From assembly GCA_014730165.1 (NCBI GenBank), contig WJIS01000079.1, positions 1-54,313 of the forward strand: DNA of 54,313 nt, read 5' to 3'. Position 1 is the first letter of the stretch. Each line of letters opens with the position of its first letter. Shown here piece after piece: positions 1 through 12,204 of this stretch. The position numbers were made by a program, and so were the translations under genes. A model generated the notes under the pieces. It worked only from the letters and a program-made list of their open reading frames with translations. It searched no databases and was not told where the DNA came from. The stretch comes from Promethearchaeota archaeon. Lineage in GTDB: Archaea > Asgardarchaeota > Lokiarchaeia > Sigyniarchaeales > SOKP01.

Positions 1-675
1 AGCAGTATTGCTCATGATTTTAATAATTTATTAACTCTAATAAAGGGATATGCAGATATGGCACAGATGAATATCGAAAATGACCAGAAGACGAATAATT
101 ATCTTCAGGAGATTAGTAAATCAATCAAAGGAGCAGCGAAATTGATCCATAGATTATTGGATATGAGCAGAGAGAACAAATTATATAGAAAAGTCATTAA
201 TGTAAATAGAATTATAAAAAATCTATTAGAAATGCTTTCCTACTTCATCGCAGAGAATATAAGGGTTGAAACTAAACTTGAAGAAAAATTATGGAAAATT
301 AAAGCAAATCCAGAAAAAATCGAGCAAATTTTAATGAATTTAATCATAAACTCAAGAGATGCGATGCCAGAGGGAGGAAATTTAACAATTAACACAAAAA
401 ATATTCTAAGATCAGAAATATCAGATTCTAAGCAGTTAGATTGTCCATATGACCACTTGATTTGTATTTCGGTACAAGATCAGGGGACAGGTATCGAAAA
501 ATCTGAATTGGAAAAAATATTCAAACCTTTTTACACAACTAAAGAAGTGGGAAAGGGAACTGGACTCGGACTTTCAATAGTAAAAAACTTTATCTCCCAA
601 CATAAAGGGTGGATTGAAGTTGATAGTGAAATAAATAAAGGTTCAAATTTCAGAGTTTATCTTCCCTCAATCTAA
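1..675 (+). CDS. Sensor histidine kinase, C-terminal part (HisKA + HATPase_c); runs off the 5' edge of the window
   Basis: The frame is open from base 1 and reads SSIAHDFNNLL (H-box), then QILMNLIINSRDAM (N-box), DQGTGI (G1), FKPFYTTK (F-box) and GTGLGL (G2). Confidence 0.93.
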   Translation, partial: SSIAHDFNNLLTLIKGYADMAQMNIENDQKTNNYLQEISKSIKGAAKLIHRLLDMSRENKLYRKVINVNRIIKNLLEMLSYFIAENIRVETKLEEKLWKIKANPEKIEQILMNLIINSRDAMPEGGNLTINTKNILRSEISDSKQLDCPYDHLICISVQDQGTGIEKSELEKIFKPFYTTKEVGKGTGLGLSIVKNFISQHKGWIEVDSEINKGSNFRVYLPSI

Positions 676-798
676 TATGTATTTTATCCTTCTCCAATTT
701 TATATATATATTATTCTTCAGATACTTACCTTCCAAATGATAGTATTTTTTATCGAAAACTTACTAAATTAAATAATTAAACCAAATAATCTAAAGAG

Positions 799-1740
799 AT
801 GTCGTTGGAAAAGATAAAGGATGAGTTAAAAAAGCTCAAAAAGAAGAAAGATGTGACAATCTTAGCTCATTATTATCAGCCGCTTGAAATTCAGGAAATA
901 GCAGATTATCTTGGAGATTCATTAGGATTATCACGCATCGCGAAAGAAAAAGCAAATTCAGAATATATAATATTTGCTGGTGTTCTGTTTATGGCTGAAA
1001 CTGCTTCGATAATTAATCAAGATAAAAAAGTGTTAATCCCTTCCAGAGATGCGGGGTGCCCTTTATCAGATTTTCTAAATCCTCAACAGATTGAAGATTA
1101 TAGAGATATGTATCCTGAATTACCTATAATCACCTATGTAAATACCACAGCAGAAGTAAAGGCACATTCTGATATCTGTTGTACATCATCGAATTCAGTT
1201 AGAATTATTAATAAAATTGCTAAAAAAAAAAATGTTGATACGGTTATTTTTGGTCCAGACCAAAATTTAGCAAGTTATGTAGCTGAACGAACAGATATAA
1301 AAATAATTAAGATTCCAGAAAATGGTCATTGCCGAGTTCATTCACAATTGTCGGTAAAAGATATAAATAAAGTCCAAAAAGAATATCCAAAGGCTCAAAT
1401 CCTTGTCCATCCCGAATGTAAAAAAAAGGTTAGGGATAAAGCAGATTACATTGGCTCTACAAGTGGGATCTACAATTACGTAAAGAAAAGTAGAAAACAT
1501 ACGGAATTCATTATAGGTACAGAAAAAGGTCTTTTAGAGAGACTTGCTATGGATTTTCCCTCAAAAAAGTTTTATTTAGCTAGTAATAAGTTAATCTGTT
1601 ATAATATGAAAAAAAATAGCTTAGAAACTATCCGAGATATAATGAATGATATCGAGAATGAAAAATATAGAGTAATCGTTCCTAGAGAAATCGTGGAAAA
1701 AGCTATTAAACCTTTGAATAGAATGTTCGAATATTCTTGA
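799..1740 (+). CDS. nadA: Quinolinate synthase A
   Basis: LAHYYQ, GDSL, FAGVLFMAE, AGCPL, YVNT, CTSSN, C.VH, HPEC, GST, C..MK motifs, including the three Fe-S cysteines. Confidence 0.96.
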   Translation: MSLEKIKDELKKLKKKKDVTILAHYYQPLEIQEIADYLGDSLGLSRIAKEKANSEYIIFAGVLFMAETASIINQDKKVLIPSRDAGCPLSDFLNPQQIEDYRDMYPELPIITYVNTTAEVKAHSDICCTSSNSVRIINKIAKKKNVDTVIFGPDQNLASYVAERTDIKIIKIPENGHCRVHSQLSVKDINKVQKEYPKAQILVHPECKKKVRDKADYIGSTSGIYNYVKKSRKHTEFIIGTEKGLLERLAMDFPSKKFYLASNKLICYNMKKNSLETIRDIMNDIENEKYRVIVPREIVEKAIKPLNRMFEYS

Positions 1741-1767
1741 ATGTCCGTAAGTTTAAATACTTTATAT

Positions 1768-3369
1768 CTAAAGATAATACGTAATCTTTCTCTGATTCTT
1801 ATTTTTTAACCATTTTAAGAAAGTTTTAGTTGGTCTACCTGACCAGATTATATTCGAATTATTGACTAGTTCAAATTTCTTAACATCATTATGGTTAAAA
1901 TTGAACTCTTCCATGATATCACTCAACTTTATGACCCAAGATACAAAATCTTTGTATAACTTCCCATCATAGTCTGATTTAGCATTTGATTTATGAGTTC
2001 TTTCATAAAATTCAATATCAGCAGTATTAAATCCTTGGAAATATCTGTAATTCTGGTTTTGCCATAAAAATTCAATTTTATCATCATTCACATCTCTTAT
2101 ATTACATTCCCACATTTTTACTTTTTCAAGAGAGGGAAATGTTCTTAGATTGTCGGGTATTTCAGTTAGATATTCATTTCCGGAAAGATCAATTGATTTT
2201 AATTTTTGGAGATCCTTAAGATCAGTTAAATCTTTAATTCTATTATTTCTCAGAAATAGGTGCTCAAGATTTTGATTCGCATTTAAACCCGTTAAGTTCT
2301 CAATAATATTATTATTTAATTTTAAACATATTAGTCCATCATAATTTTCTATTCCGCTTAAATTTTTTAGAAGATTATTGGATAAATCCAAGATCTCAAT
2401 TGAACTTTCCTTTCCTTCTAATCCCTCTATATTTTCAATATTTGAAATCTTTTGATTTATCAAGTGAATTTCGGTGTCTTGAGCGATTCCAATTATTTTC
2501 CCGTCATATTTTATAAAATCAAATGGATCCTCATCAAAATATTCAATATTTTGATTTAAGAACCGAATTAATGGGAAGTTTTTTCTCTCTTTATAGTGTT
2601 GATAAATTTCTCTCACGAGAGTTTCCTTATTTTGCTCTTTTATACTATTTTTGATTTTTTGGAAAATTATAGGAAAATGTTTAATGTGAAAATATCGGAG
2701 TATTTGATTAATAATACTGATTATAGCAGGTGTTTGAATCAACTCATCGGTATTTAACAAATCATTCAAACGTCTTACACTTTCATTTAGGATTGGTAAA
2801 TTAATCGTACTAAAAATCGACTCAAATTCATCGGTACTCAATACTTTTAAATATCGTTCCTGAATTAGAAAATTAATAACGCTGGAATGTCCGCTCGAGG
2901 CTCTAAGAGCAACCTCTTCCTTGAATACTTTTCTCGCTTGTGGATCTCCCACACGAACTAATTCCTTTAATAATGGAAATGCGATATTTCTATGTAAAAT
3001 TCTTGTGTCATATCCATTTTCAACCCACGCTTGAATATTTGAACAATGACCCCAAAATTCTACTTCTGGTTTAATTTTATTTCTGACACCAAAATCACGT
3101 TCCATAGATCGATCAAGGTATTCAGCGGCTTCGTCTATGGAATCAATCTCATCATAATCTCTAATATTATCAACGGGTATATTAAGGAGGAGGTACATAC
3201 ATTGTCTGAACATCTGATTTTTTACATAAATGTTTGTTCTTCCATTTTCTAGTTTTAAGGTTATGAATTTATTGATTTTTTTTTCTTTTTGTTGAGTATT
3301 TTTAGCAATCAGCAATAAAGCTATGCTAAAGCTTATGAGTGTTAAAAAAACAATTTTGACAAAGATCAT
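1768..3369 (-). CDS. Leucine-rich repeat protein with Lokiarchaeia-type N-terminal domain (start uncertain)
   Basis: C-terminal LxxLxLxxNxI repeats (ILDLSNNLL, CLKLNNNII, HLFLRNNRI, SIDLSGN). The N-terminal block EFWGHCSNIQAW...YDTRILHRNIAFPLL resembles a domain I recall from Lokiarchaeia LRR proteins. Confidence 0.85.
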   Translation of the reverse strand: MIFVKIVFLTLISFSIALLLIAKNTQQKEKKINKFITLKLENGRTNIYVKNQMFRQCMYLLLNIPVDNIRDYDEIDSIDEAAEYLDRSMERDFGVRNKIKPEVEFWGHCSNIQAWVENGYDTRILHRNIAFPLLKELVRVGDPQARKVFKEEVALRASSGHSSVINFLIQERYLKVLSTDEFESIFSTINLPILNESVRRLNDLLNTDELIQTPAIISIINQILRYFHIKHFPIIFQKIKNSIKEQNKETLVREIYQHYKERKNFPLIRFLNQNIEYFDEDPFDFIKYDGKIIGIAQDTEIHLINQKISNIENIEGLEGKESSIEILDLSNNLLKNLSGIENYDGLICLKLNNNIIENLTGLNANQNLEHLFLRNNRIKDLTDLKDLQKLKSIDLSGNEYLTEIPDNLRTFPSLEKVKMWECNIRDVNDDKIEFLWQNQNYRYFQGFNTADIEFYERTHKSNAKSDYDGKLYKDFVSWVIKLSDIMEEFNFNHNDVKKFELVNNSNIIWSGRPTKTFLKWLKNKNQRKITYYL

Positions 3370-3515
3370 TGAAGATAACTGGATTGAAGGTGATTGAATT
3401 TTTTATAGAATCATAAGTTAATTCCAACAATTTTATTAGATCTAACTATTTAAAATTCTAATTTTTTAAAATTTCTGGATTATATATCAGTAGAAATATT
3501 ATAGATATCAAGATT

Positions 3516-4814
3516 TTAGTTTATTAACGTATGGCAAATAGGACATTCTTTCCAATCCTTAGAAACTTTTGCCTCACATTTAGGATTTGAACAAATAACT
3601 AATTCCTCCTTTTTAAGCATTTCCTGCTTATACCTTATACTTGCATTATTAGCTTCGTCTATACTTTTTAAAAAAATGTCATTATCTAATGAATTTTTAC
3701 AACGAGCACAAGATTTAGAAAAATCTTGACTAAGTATGGTTTTTCCGCATTTTGGGCAAAATCCTTTTACTTTATCAAGTATCTCATCTACTTCTCGATC
3801 CTTTGTATCTGCAATTGACACAATATTTAAATCTTCATACTGTTCAGAACCTTGGATAATATTTATTAAAGAATTTGTTCCCTCTTTGGATTTTGACAAT
3901 TTCTCAGACTGAACAACTAAATCCATTAAAAATGTTTTTGATATTCCCATATCAATTGCTAGTTTAATAATAAGTTTTTCAATTAACATCTCAAAAGGTT
4001 CCCGAATTCTCTCCCATATTAAATCCATATTTATTAATTTCTTAGCTATTTTCTCAGCCATCTTATCTAAATCATAGATTTGTCTGTATCCTTTTAGATT
4101 TATATGTATGATTTCTTCGATAAGATGATCACCTATCAACCTAAATGTGCTTGTGCCCAGGAGGTCTTCTGAATGGAAAAAGAATACATCATTTTCTCGA
4201 TTAAACATGTAGAATCCCAAATGACTGGACATTATTTTATCCACATAAAAATCGATTCTTAATTTTTTAACCTTATAATGTTTACAAAATTCATTAATTT
4301 CAAATTTATATTCACGCGTAAGCACAGAATTCAGAAAAATATAAAAAAGAGCTAAAAATAATTCACGATTCTGGTTAATCTCAAAGAATTTATCTCCAAT
4401 TTTGGATATCATCCGAAGAATTTGAAATAATATTGACTCTTCAATACCTATTTGTTGATAAAAACTAATTAATTCCGTAGACTTTAGTATAACATCGTTA
4501 ATTTCGTTTATATAGAATATTTCTTTTTCCCTATTATCATAATCTTCATTTAAACCTTCTATTCCCTTTTCTGTGATAAAATAATGCGGTGCACCTTGAA
4601 AGATGCGTTTTTCTATATTATTTTTTTGGAGATGTAATTTTATATATTTTGAAAGAGTGGAACGACTCATATCAGATTTTTCTTGTAAGTTAGAGAATCT
4701 ATGCGGTCCTAAGTTCCTCAAGACAAACAGGATTCGCTTATCATATTCATCCATATCTGAGGCTATTTGGATGACTTTCTTTTCAGTTGTATTACTGATA
4801 TTTGATTGTTCCAT
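3516..4814 (-). CDS. Winged-helix (MarR/ArsR-like) regulator with C-terminal double zinc ribbon
   Basis: N-terminal wHTH (RFSNLQEKSDMSRSTLSKYI...YFITEKG); C-terminal CPKC...CARC and CSNPKC...CPIC. Confidence 0.75.
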   Translation of the reverse strand: MEQSNISNTTEKKVIQIASDMDEYDKRILFVLRNLGPHRFSNLQEKSDMSRSTLSKYIKLHLQKNNIEKRIFQGAPHYFITEKGIEGLNEDYDNREKEIFYINEINDVILKSTELISFYQQIGIEESILFQILRMISKIGDKFFEINQNRELFLALFYIFLNSVLTREYKFEINEFCKHYKVKKLRIDFYVDKIMSSHLGFYMFNRENDVFFFHSEDLLGTSTFRLIGDHLIEEIIHINLKGYRQIYDLDKMAEKIAKKLINMDLIWERIREPFEMLIEKLIIKLAIDMGISKTFLMDLVVQSEKLSKSKEGTNSLINIIQGSEQYEDLNIVSIADTKDREVDEILDKVKGFCPKCGKTILSQDFSKSCARCKNSLDNDIFLKSIDEANNASIRYKQEMLKKEELVICSNPKCEAKVSKDWKECPICHTLIN

Positions 4815-5062
4815 ATATGATATATCTGAAACTTCATACTTAAACTTAGACTATAATTTTAAAAATTATTGAGGATTTCGAACTATTATATTGATGGCGA
4901 ACTTGATATAAGAAAAATCAAAATAATCAATTTCAGCATTAAATGATGAGATCTTTATTTTTTTAAGAAATAAATTTATAAATCTGTAAGAAATATGATT
5001 TATCGTTTCAGTTCTCAAAATTGGGATGAAATATCTTAATATAATTAAGCATTTAAACATGT

Positions 5063-5251
5063 GTGATGAATTTGTCTATTGAAAATCCGAATGTTATGAA
5101 CAGATTAAAAAAGATTGAGAATAAATTAGAAAATCTCGAGAAAAGAATCGCAAATATTGAAGATTTAGTAGGAAAAAACCCAAAACCGAGAAGACCAGGA
5201 CCTCCCCACCCTGGAAGGGGACCTGAACCTCCGGAGCCATTTAGGTTTTAG
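5063..5251 (+). CDS. Small protein with short coiled coil and proline-rich C-terminus
   Basis: Heptad segment RLKKIENKLENLEKRIANIEDL, then KPRRPGPPHPGRGPEPPEPFRF; T-tract downstream. Confidence 0.7.
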   Translation: MMNLSIENPNVMNRLKKIENKLENLEKRIANIEDLVGKNPKPRRPGPPHPGRGPEPPEPFRF

Positions 5252-5332
5252 ATCTTCTATACCAACCAATAAGATTTATTTTTTTAGCGATCTTTTAAAA
5301 TATTTATTTTCAAATATAATAAACCAATTTGA

Positions 5333-7378
<2,046 letters not shown>

Positions 7379-7537
7379 TTCTTTATTTTTTTTTTATAAA
7401 TGTTGATAACTTTCTATTTAGTTTATTTTTTTTATACATATTTTATCGAACTGGAGTATGTAATGATCGACAAGAGTATATTAATATTAAAGATTCCTCT
7501 ATAAACTCAAGTATATACAATTTAATGGTGGAAAATT

Positions 7538-7789
7538 ATTACACAATATAGATTTCGTTTAACTGGAGTTCCTCCAGATCAGGCTATAAAACAAATAGAA
7601 GTGGACCCAAATCAATCAATCGCTGAAATAAAGAAAACAGTTCAACGTGAATATAAACTTAACCCGATCCTGGCTATCCAATTCATTTTTAAAGGAAAGG
7701 TTCTCCCTGATGATTTAAAGTTCTCAAAAGTGGGTATCCATCCCAAAAAAGACGTTATTACCGTTATGGCAACACAAGCAGGCGGATAA
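7538..7789 (+). CDS. Ubiquitin-like protein with C-terminal di-glycine; probable ATT start at 7538
   Basis: The frame extends upstream of the 7601 GTG as (I)TQYRFRLTGVPPDQAIKQIEV, back to a TAA at 7523. It has the ubiquitin-like IQFIFKGKVLPDD...VGI and ends QAGG*. GGTGG SD-like motif at 7527-7531. Confidence 0.85.
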   Translation: MTQYRFRLTGVPPDQAIKQIEVDPNQSIAEIKKTVQREYKLNPILAIQFIFKGKVLPDDLKFSKVGIHPKKDVITVMATQAGG

Positions 7790-7962
7790 GTAATAGTAAC
7801 CTTTCTATTTCATTTTATTTTTATTTTTCTTTTCTTCAAAAAGGTTTATTCTAATCCTAAAAAAATTAAAAATTTCTATGCAAAATATTTTGAAATCAAG
7901 AAACTTAATGGTAATATGATTCACTTTTAATAATCATAAAGAAAAAACATTTAAAATAAATT

Positions 7963-8667
7963 TTAATTCTCGTTGAAGGTCTTATCCTTTAAATCCTCAT
8001 CCTGTTTCAATTTGGGTTTTTCAACGATTTCAAATAAATCATTGGGAGTATATTCAGGACGAAAGGATTTAAATTCAATATCTTCAGAAATCTCAATAAA
8101 TTCATCCTTCTCGGTAAGATCAGATTGCTCTGTTTGATCTTCAGCTGTACTAGTTAATATCTTTCCTGTTCTAAGTAAATCTTCTTGAAATTCTTTAAAT
8201 CCCTCACCAGTTTTAGCAGATAATTCAAAATATGTCATACCCTTAGATTTAGCATATTCGATTCCTTCATCTTTTCTAATTGCTCGATTTTTAATATCAA
8301 CTTTATTCGCGAGAAGATAAAACTTTGAAACCCTCTCTGTATTGACCATAGAAAACCAAGAGTCAATGTTCATATAACTTGGGAACCATTCTACCGAATA
8401 TACAAGGATTATGATATCTGCATCGGCAAAAAAGGTATCTTGGAAACTTCGAAATTGTTCTTGTCCCGCAAGATCCCAAATTACTGCTTTCCCATCTTTT
8501 TCTGTAATTTCAAACGAATGGAATTCAATCGCAGTAGTCATCTGAAGTTTTTCTTCAGAATTAAGAGATCCATTCAACCTCTTTGATATGGTTGTCTTTC
8601 CTGTAGCTCCATCTCCGGCTATAACTATTTTAAATACTTTTTTATCTGATAATTGTTTTACCATCAT
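7963..8667 (-). CDS. Ras-superfamily small GTPase (Rab/Roc-like) with acidic C-terminal tail
   Basis: G1 GDGATGKT, G2 TTAIEF, G3 WDLAGQEQF, G4 NKVD, G5 ELSAKTG. Confidence 0.93.
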   Translation of the reverse strand: MMVKQLSDKKVFKIVIAGDGATGKTTISKRLNGSLNSEEKLQMTTAIEFHSFEITEKDGKAVIWDLAGQEQFRSFQDTFFADADIIILVYSVEWFPSYMNIDSWFSMVNTERVSKFYLLANKVDIKNRAIRKDEGIEYAKSKGMTYFELSAKTGEGFKEFQEDLLRTGKILTSTAEDQTEQSDLTEKDEFIEISEDIEFKSFRPEYTPNDLFEIVEKPKLKQDEDLKDKTFNEN

Positions 8668-8732
8668 TTAAACCATCCCTAATTTTATATTATATATATT
8701 TTTGTACTATTTACTTTAAGAACGCCAAACTC

Positions 8733-9053
8733 CTACTTATATCCCCCTAAACTCTTATTGCAGCTAAGTGCTACAAGATTTGGATTATATAGTATATAAG
8801 GAGTGATATAAACTCTCTTTCCATCTAAAACCGTACAATGTCTACATTGCATATCCTTATCTATATAAGCAATCATAGTGTGTACTGCTTTTTTGTCATT
8901 TTTAGAGGAATAATGCATTAATACTATTGGAAAAGGAAAACGCTCAACACTATCAACAACATCTTCTGAAACAACGATTTTAAAGACTCTATTGCATTCT
9001 GAACAAGGTACCATAGTTTCGAATTTAGCGTCCTTTTTAATCTCTGTTATCAT
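8733..9053 (-). CDS. Small Cys-containing hypothetical protein (possible Zn binding), upstream of the GTPase
   Basis: CSEC and CRHC motifs; co-oriented with and 65 bp from the GTPase gene. Confidence 0.7.
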   Translation of the reverse strand: MITEIKKDAKFETMVPCSECNRVFKIVVSEDVVDSVERFPFPIVLMHYSSKNDKKAVHTMIAYIDKDMQCRHCTVLDGKRVYITPYILYNPNLVALSCNKSLGGYK

Positions 9054-9225
9054 ATGCTGTAATTGATATACACTGAATTCTTTTGAATCTTCTCTCTAAA
9101 GAGTAAATAGGGATATATAGAAAATTTATGACTATTTATTCTGATCCATGGAAATTGGAAAAATAAGTAATTATAAATAAGATTTTTAATATAAAAATAA
9201 AGTGAGTATTTATTAAATTCTTCTA

Positions 9226-10638
9226 TTAAGCTTGTCCTTTCCACGAGTATTTTTCTGACTTTTTTTCATGAATTTCAGCAATTTTTTTACGTAAATCTCC
9301 CAGTTCCTTACCATGTAAGGGGAAGTAATATAGACTAATGACTCCTAATAATATAAAGATCGATTGTACAATTAAAAGAAGAAATTTTATCCCTACTATT
9401 GCTATAAAATCCTGTGAAGGTGCGTTTCTGATGAATCCAAATAACAACAATATTGAAGTCCCAAATATTGGACCAATGCTCTCACCGATTTTGAGGAAAA
9501 AAGCGTTAGTTCCAAGAATTAATCCCTCTCTACGTTTATTATTCTGAACTTCATCTGAATCAGTAACCAGAGAAAGAACGGGATAATCAAATAGTACATA
9601 TCCTTGCGCAATGAAATTCATAATTAGAAATAACCAAATCAATATCTCCAGTTCTCGGGGTAGAATCACAAAAAAACCGATTATATTAAAAATAATTTGA
9701 AGTATTCCTCCATATATCATCAAGGTTCTCATTTCATATTTTTCAGAAAGTCTTTTATAAATCAGATAACCAATTAAAGCAACCACAGTAGAAAGAAGAT
9801 AATATAACAGCGAAGCTAATATGTAATCCACTCCGAAAATATAGAAATAAGCAAAGACAAAACTTAATCCAAGAGACATGTTAATATGATAGAACACCCG
9901 AAATGAAGTTACTGAAAGAAATGATCGATTAGATATCACTTCCTTAATTGCTGTAATAAGGCCTAGATCGACTTGATCTTCATATAATTCAGGCCTTTCT
10001 TCCAATTTAGATCCAGCATAGAAATAGCAGATCGCAGATATTAGAGCACATATACCCGCATATATCTGAAATGTTAAAAGTCCCATCTCATAAATTAAAA
10101 AGGATAATAAAACGGGTAATGCACCAATTATAAGAAATAATTGATTATTCAATGCCATCTGATTTCTTTCTTTTGTACTTTCCGTTAATTCTGGCATCAA
10201 AGCCATCCAAACTAACCATACAAGCGATAGCAACATATCGAATGCACAGATGCTAACAACAAAATGGATAAATATAATAATTTGATTATTATAACTCCAC
10301 GGAAACCACATAGAAAAAAAGAGGAATGCCCATAGTAAGCCTCCCCATTTAATATATACCAATCTGCGACTTCCCCATTTTTTAAAATCTGTTTTATCGC
10401 TAATACGTCCACCATAGAAATCATTAACGGAGTTAACGATTGCATAAATCACTTGTCCTAATGTAAAAAGAATTTGCTGTAAGCCCAAATCATCCCAGAA
10501 GAAATTCACGTATGTAAGGCTAAAAATCCCACTCAAAATAATATTCGGGAAATTAACTAATGAATATATGGTCCGTTCGCGGCGTGTAAGCTTAAATTGA
10601 TCTTCCATATCAAGAGTTTTAGTATCAACTTTTTCCAT
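9226..10638 (-). CDS. MFS transporter, GPH/MelB-like family
   Basis: About 12 hydrophobic segments; NDFYGGRISD..RR, ALMPELT...ER and DSDE...RREG motifs. Confidence 0.88.
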   Translation of the reverse strand: MEKVDTKTLDMEDQFKLTRRERTIYSLVNFPNIILSGIFSLTYVNFFWDDLGLQQILFTLGQVIYAIVNSVNDFYGGRISDKTDFKKWGSRRLVYIKWGGLLWAFLFFSMWFPWSYNNQIIIFIHFVVSICAFDMLLSLVWLVWMALMPELTESTKERNQMALNNQLFLIIGALPVLLSFLIYEMGLLTFQIYAGICALISAICYFYAGSKLEERPELYEDQVDLGLITAIKEVISNRSFLSVTSFRVFYHINMSLGLSFVFAYFYIFGVDYILASLLYYLLSTVVALIGYLIYKRLSEKYEMRTLMIYGGILQIIFNIIGFFVILPRELEILIWLFLIMNFIAQGYVLFDYPVLSLVTDSDEVQNNKRREGLILGTNAFFLKIGESIGPIFGTSILLLFGFIRNAPSQDFIAIVGIKFLLLIVQSIFILLGVISLYYFPLHGKELGDLRKKIAEIHEKKSEKYSWKGQA

Positions 10639-10823
10639 TTTAAAACAACCTATTATGTGTAATGATAATTGTAAGATACATTCTAATTTTAATTTCTCAG
10701 TTTCCTTAATTCTTATAGAGTTATTTTTATTAGAACTTTTTAATTAATTGTCAAATTTATATTTGAGTGATGATTTCAAAAGATTCAAAAATATTTTTGT
10801 TTATACTATTCCTTTATACTTTG

Positions 10824-12053
10824 ATGAGTAAAAGCGAAAAAACTAAAATTGCTATTCAAAAAATTCAACACGATGATATCCATACAGCTGTTTTTAAGGC
10901 ATTAGAATTGATTCACGCAAAAAATCTTTTTAAAAAACCCAATCTAAGTGTATTATTGAAACCAAACATACTAATGAGTAAAGAACCAGAAGGAGCAGTA
11001 GTAACCCATCCGGAAATCGTACGAACAGTTATACAATGGGTTAAACAATTCGAACCTAAAAAGATCATCATTGCCGAATCAAGCGGGACGACTAATAGAG
11101 GTGCTACTGAAAGAGCTTTTATTGGAAGCGGAATTAAATCTGTTGCCGAGGATGAAGAAGTAGAGTGGATCCCATTTGATCAGACTAACAGAAAAATCTA
11201 TCAAGTTAAAGATCCTCTTATCTTGGATAAAATAGCATCATCTCAATTAATAGAGGAAGTGGATATCATCATTAATATTCCTAAATTAAAAACTCATAGT
11301 CAATGTATCTTAACCTGTTCAATTAAAAACATGTTTGGAACTTTAATTCTGGGAAATAAACCAAAAACACATGCGAAATTCCCAAAATACGAAGATTTTT
11401 CCGCTGCGTTAGCAGATATCTATTCAATTTCCAAACCTCAATTGACCGTGGTTGATGGTTACTTGTGTCAGGAAGGAAATGGACCAACGAGAGGAGATGT
11501 CGTAAAAATGGACCTCATTCTTACAGGATATGATCCTGTGGCATTGGACACAGTCGCTTGCGAGATTATTGGCTTTAATCCCGAAGAGGTCTTATATATT
11601 AATAAAGCTGCTGAAAAAGGATTGGGTACCAAAAATTTGGATAAAATAGAGATTCTGGGAGAGAATATTAAAGATGTATATAGAAAATTTGAAAGACCAA
11701 AAATTAAACCTATATCTGTTCCATTACCAAGATGGCTGGCAGATTACGTTGGTGATGTTATCTTTCGAGCATCCATTAAATTCAATCCTTCAAAATGTAA
11801 GCTTTGCTCTACATGTTGGGAGAATTGTCCCGTAAATGCTATATCTCCTCCAGAAATACTGCGAAAGGGGAATATTCCCATTTGGGATAAAAACAAATGT
11901 ATATTTTGTTACTGCTGCGCAGAGTTATGTCCCCATGAAGCTGTAGACTTTAGAATAAATTATATTAGGAACTTTTTTACTTCGAAATTGGGAATAATCT
12001 TCTCAGCCTTCATTATTACAATTGTGGTTATTTTAATTTTAATACTCCTATGA
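10824..12053 (+). CDS. DUF362 family protein with 2x[4Fe-4S] ferredoxin domain and C-terminal TM helix
   Basis: VLLKPN, THPE, NIPKLKTH, SIKNMFG, EGNGP, DPVALD; CKLCSTCWENCP and CIFCYCCAELCP. Start taken at the ATG at 10824. Confidence 0.88.
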   Translation: MSKSEKTKIAIQKIQHDDIHTAVFKALELIHAKNLFKKPNLSVLLKPNILMSKEPEGAVVTHPEIVRTVIQWVKQFEPKKIIIAESSGTTNRGATERAFIGSGIKSVAEDEEVEWIPFDQTNRKIYQVKDPLILDKIASSQLIEEVDIIINIPKLKTHSQCILTCSIKNMFGTLILGNKPKTHAKFPKYEDFSAALADIYSISKPQLTVVDGYLCQEGNGPTRGDVVKMDLILTGYDPVALDTVACEIIGFNPEEVLYINKAAEKGLGTKNLDKIEILGENIKDVYRKFERPKIKPISVPLPRWLADYVGDVIFRASIKFNPSKCKLCSTCWENCPVNAISPPEILRKGNIPIWDKNKCIFCYCCAELCPHEAVDFRINYIRNFFTSKLGIIFSAFIITIVVILILILL

Positions 12054-12204
12054 ATTAAAATATTCATTAGCTTATTTGAGTGATTTAATAATATAATTCC
12101 GATTTAATAGCATAATTCCAGTTGTTTATAATAAAGAATTTCTTAACCCCTTTATTTTATACTTCGATGTTCTCTAAATTTATTCATTTAAATTCCCGTG
12201 AAAA

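Noticed and set aside
3310-3369. N-terminal signal anchor on the LRR protein
   Set aside because: The hydrophobic stretch may be translated AT-rich leader; the true start could be downstream, so it was not used as evidence of secretion.
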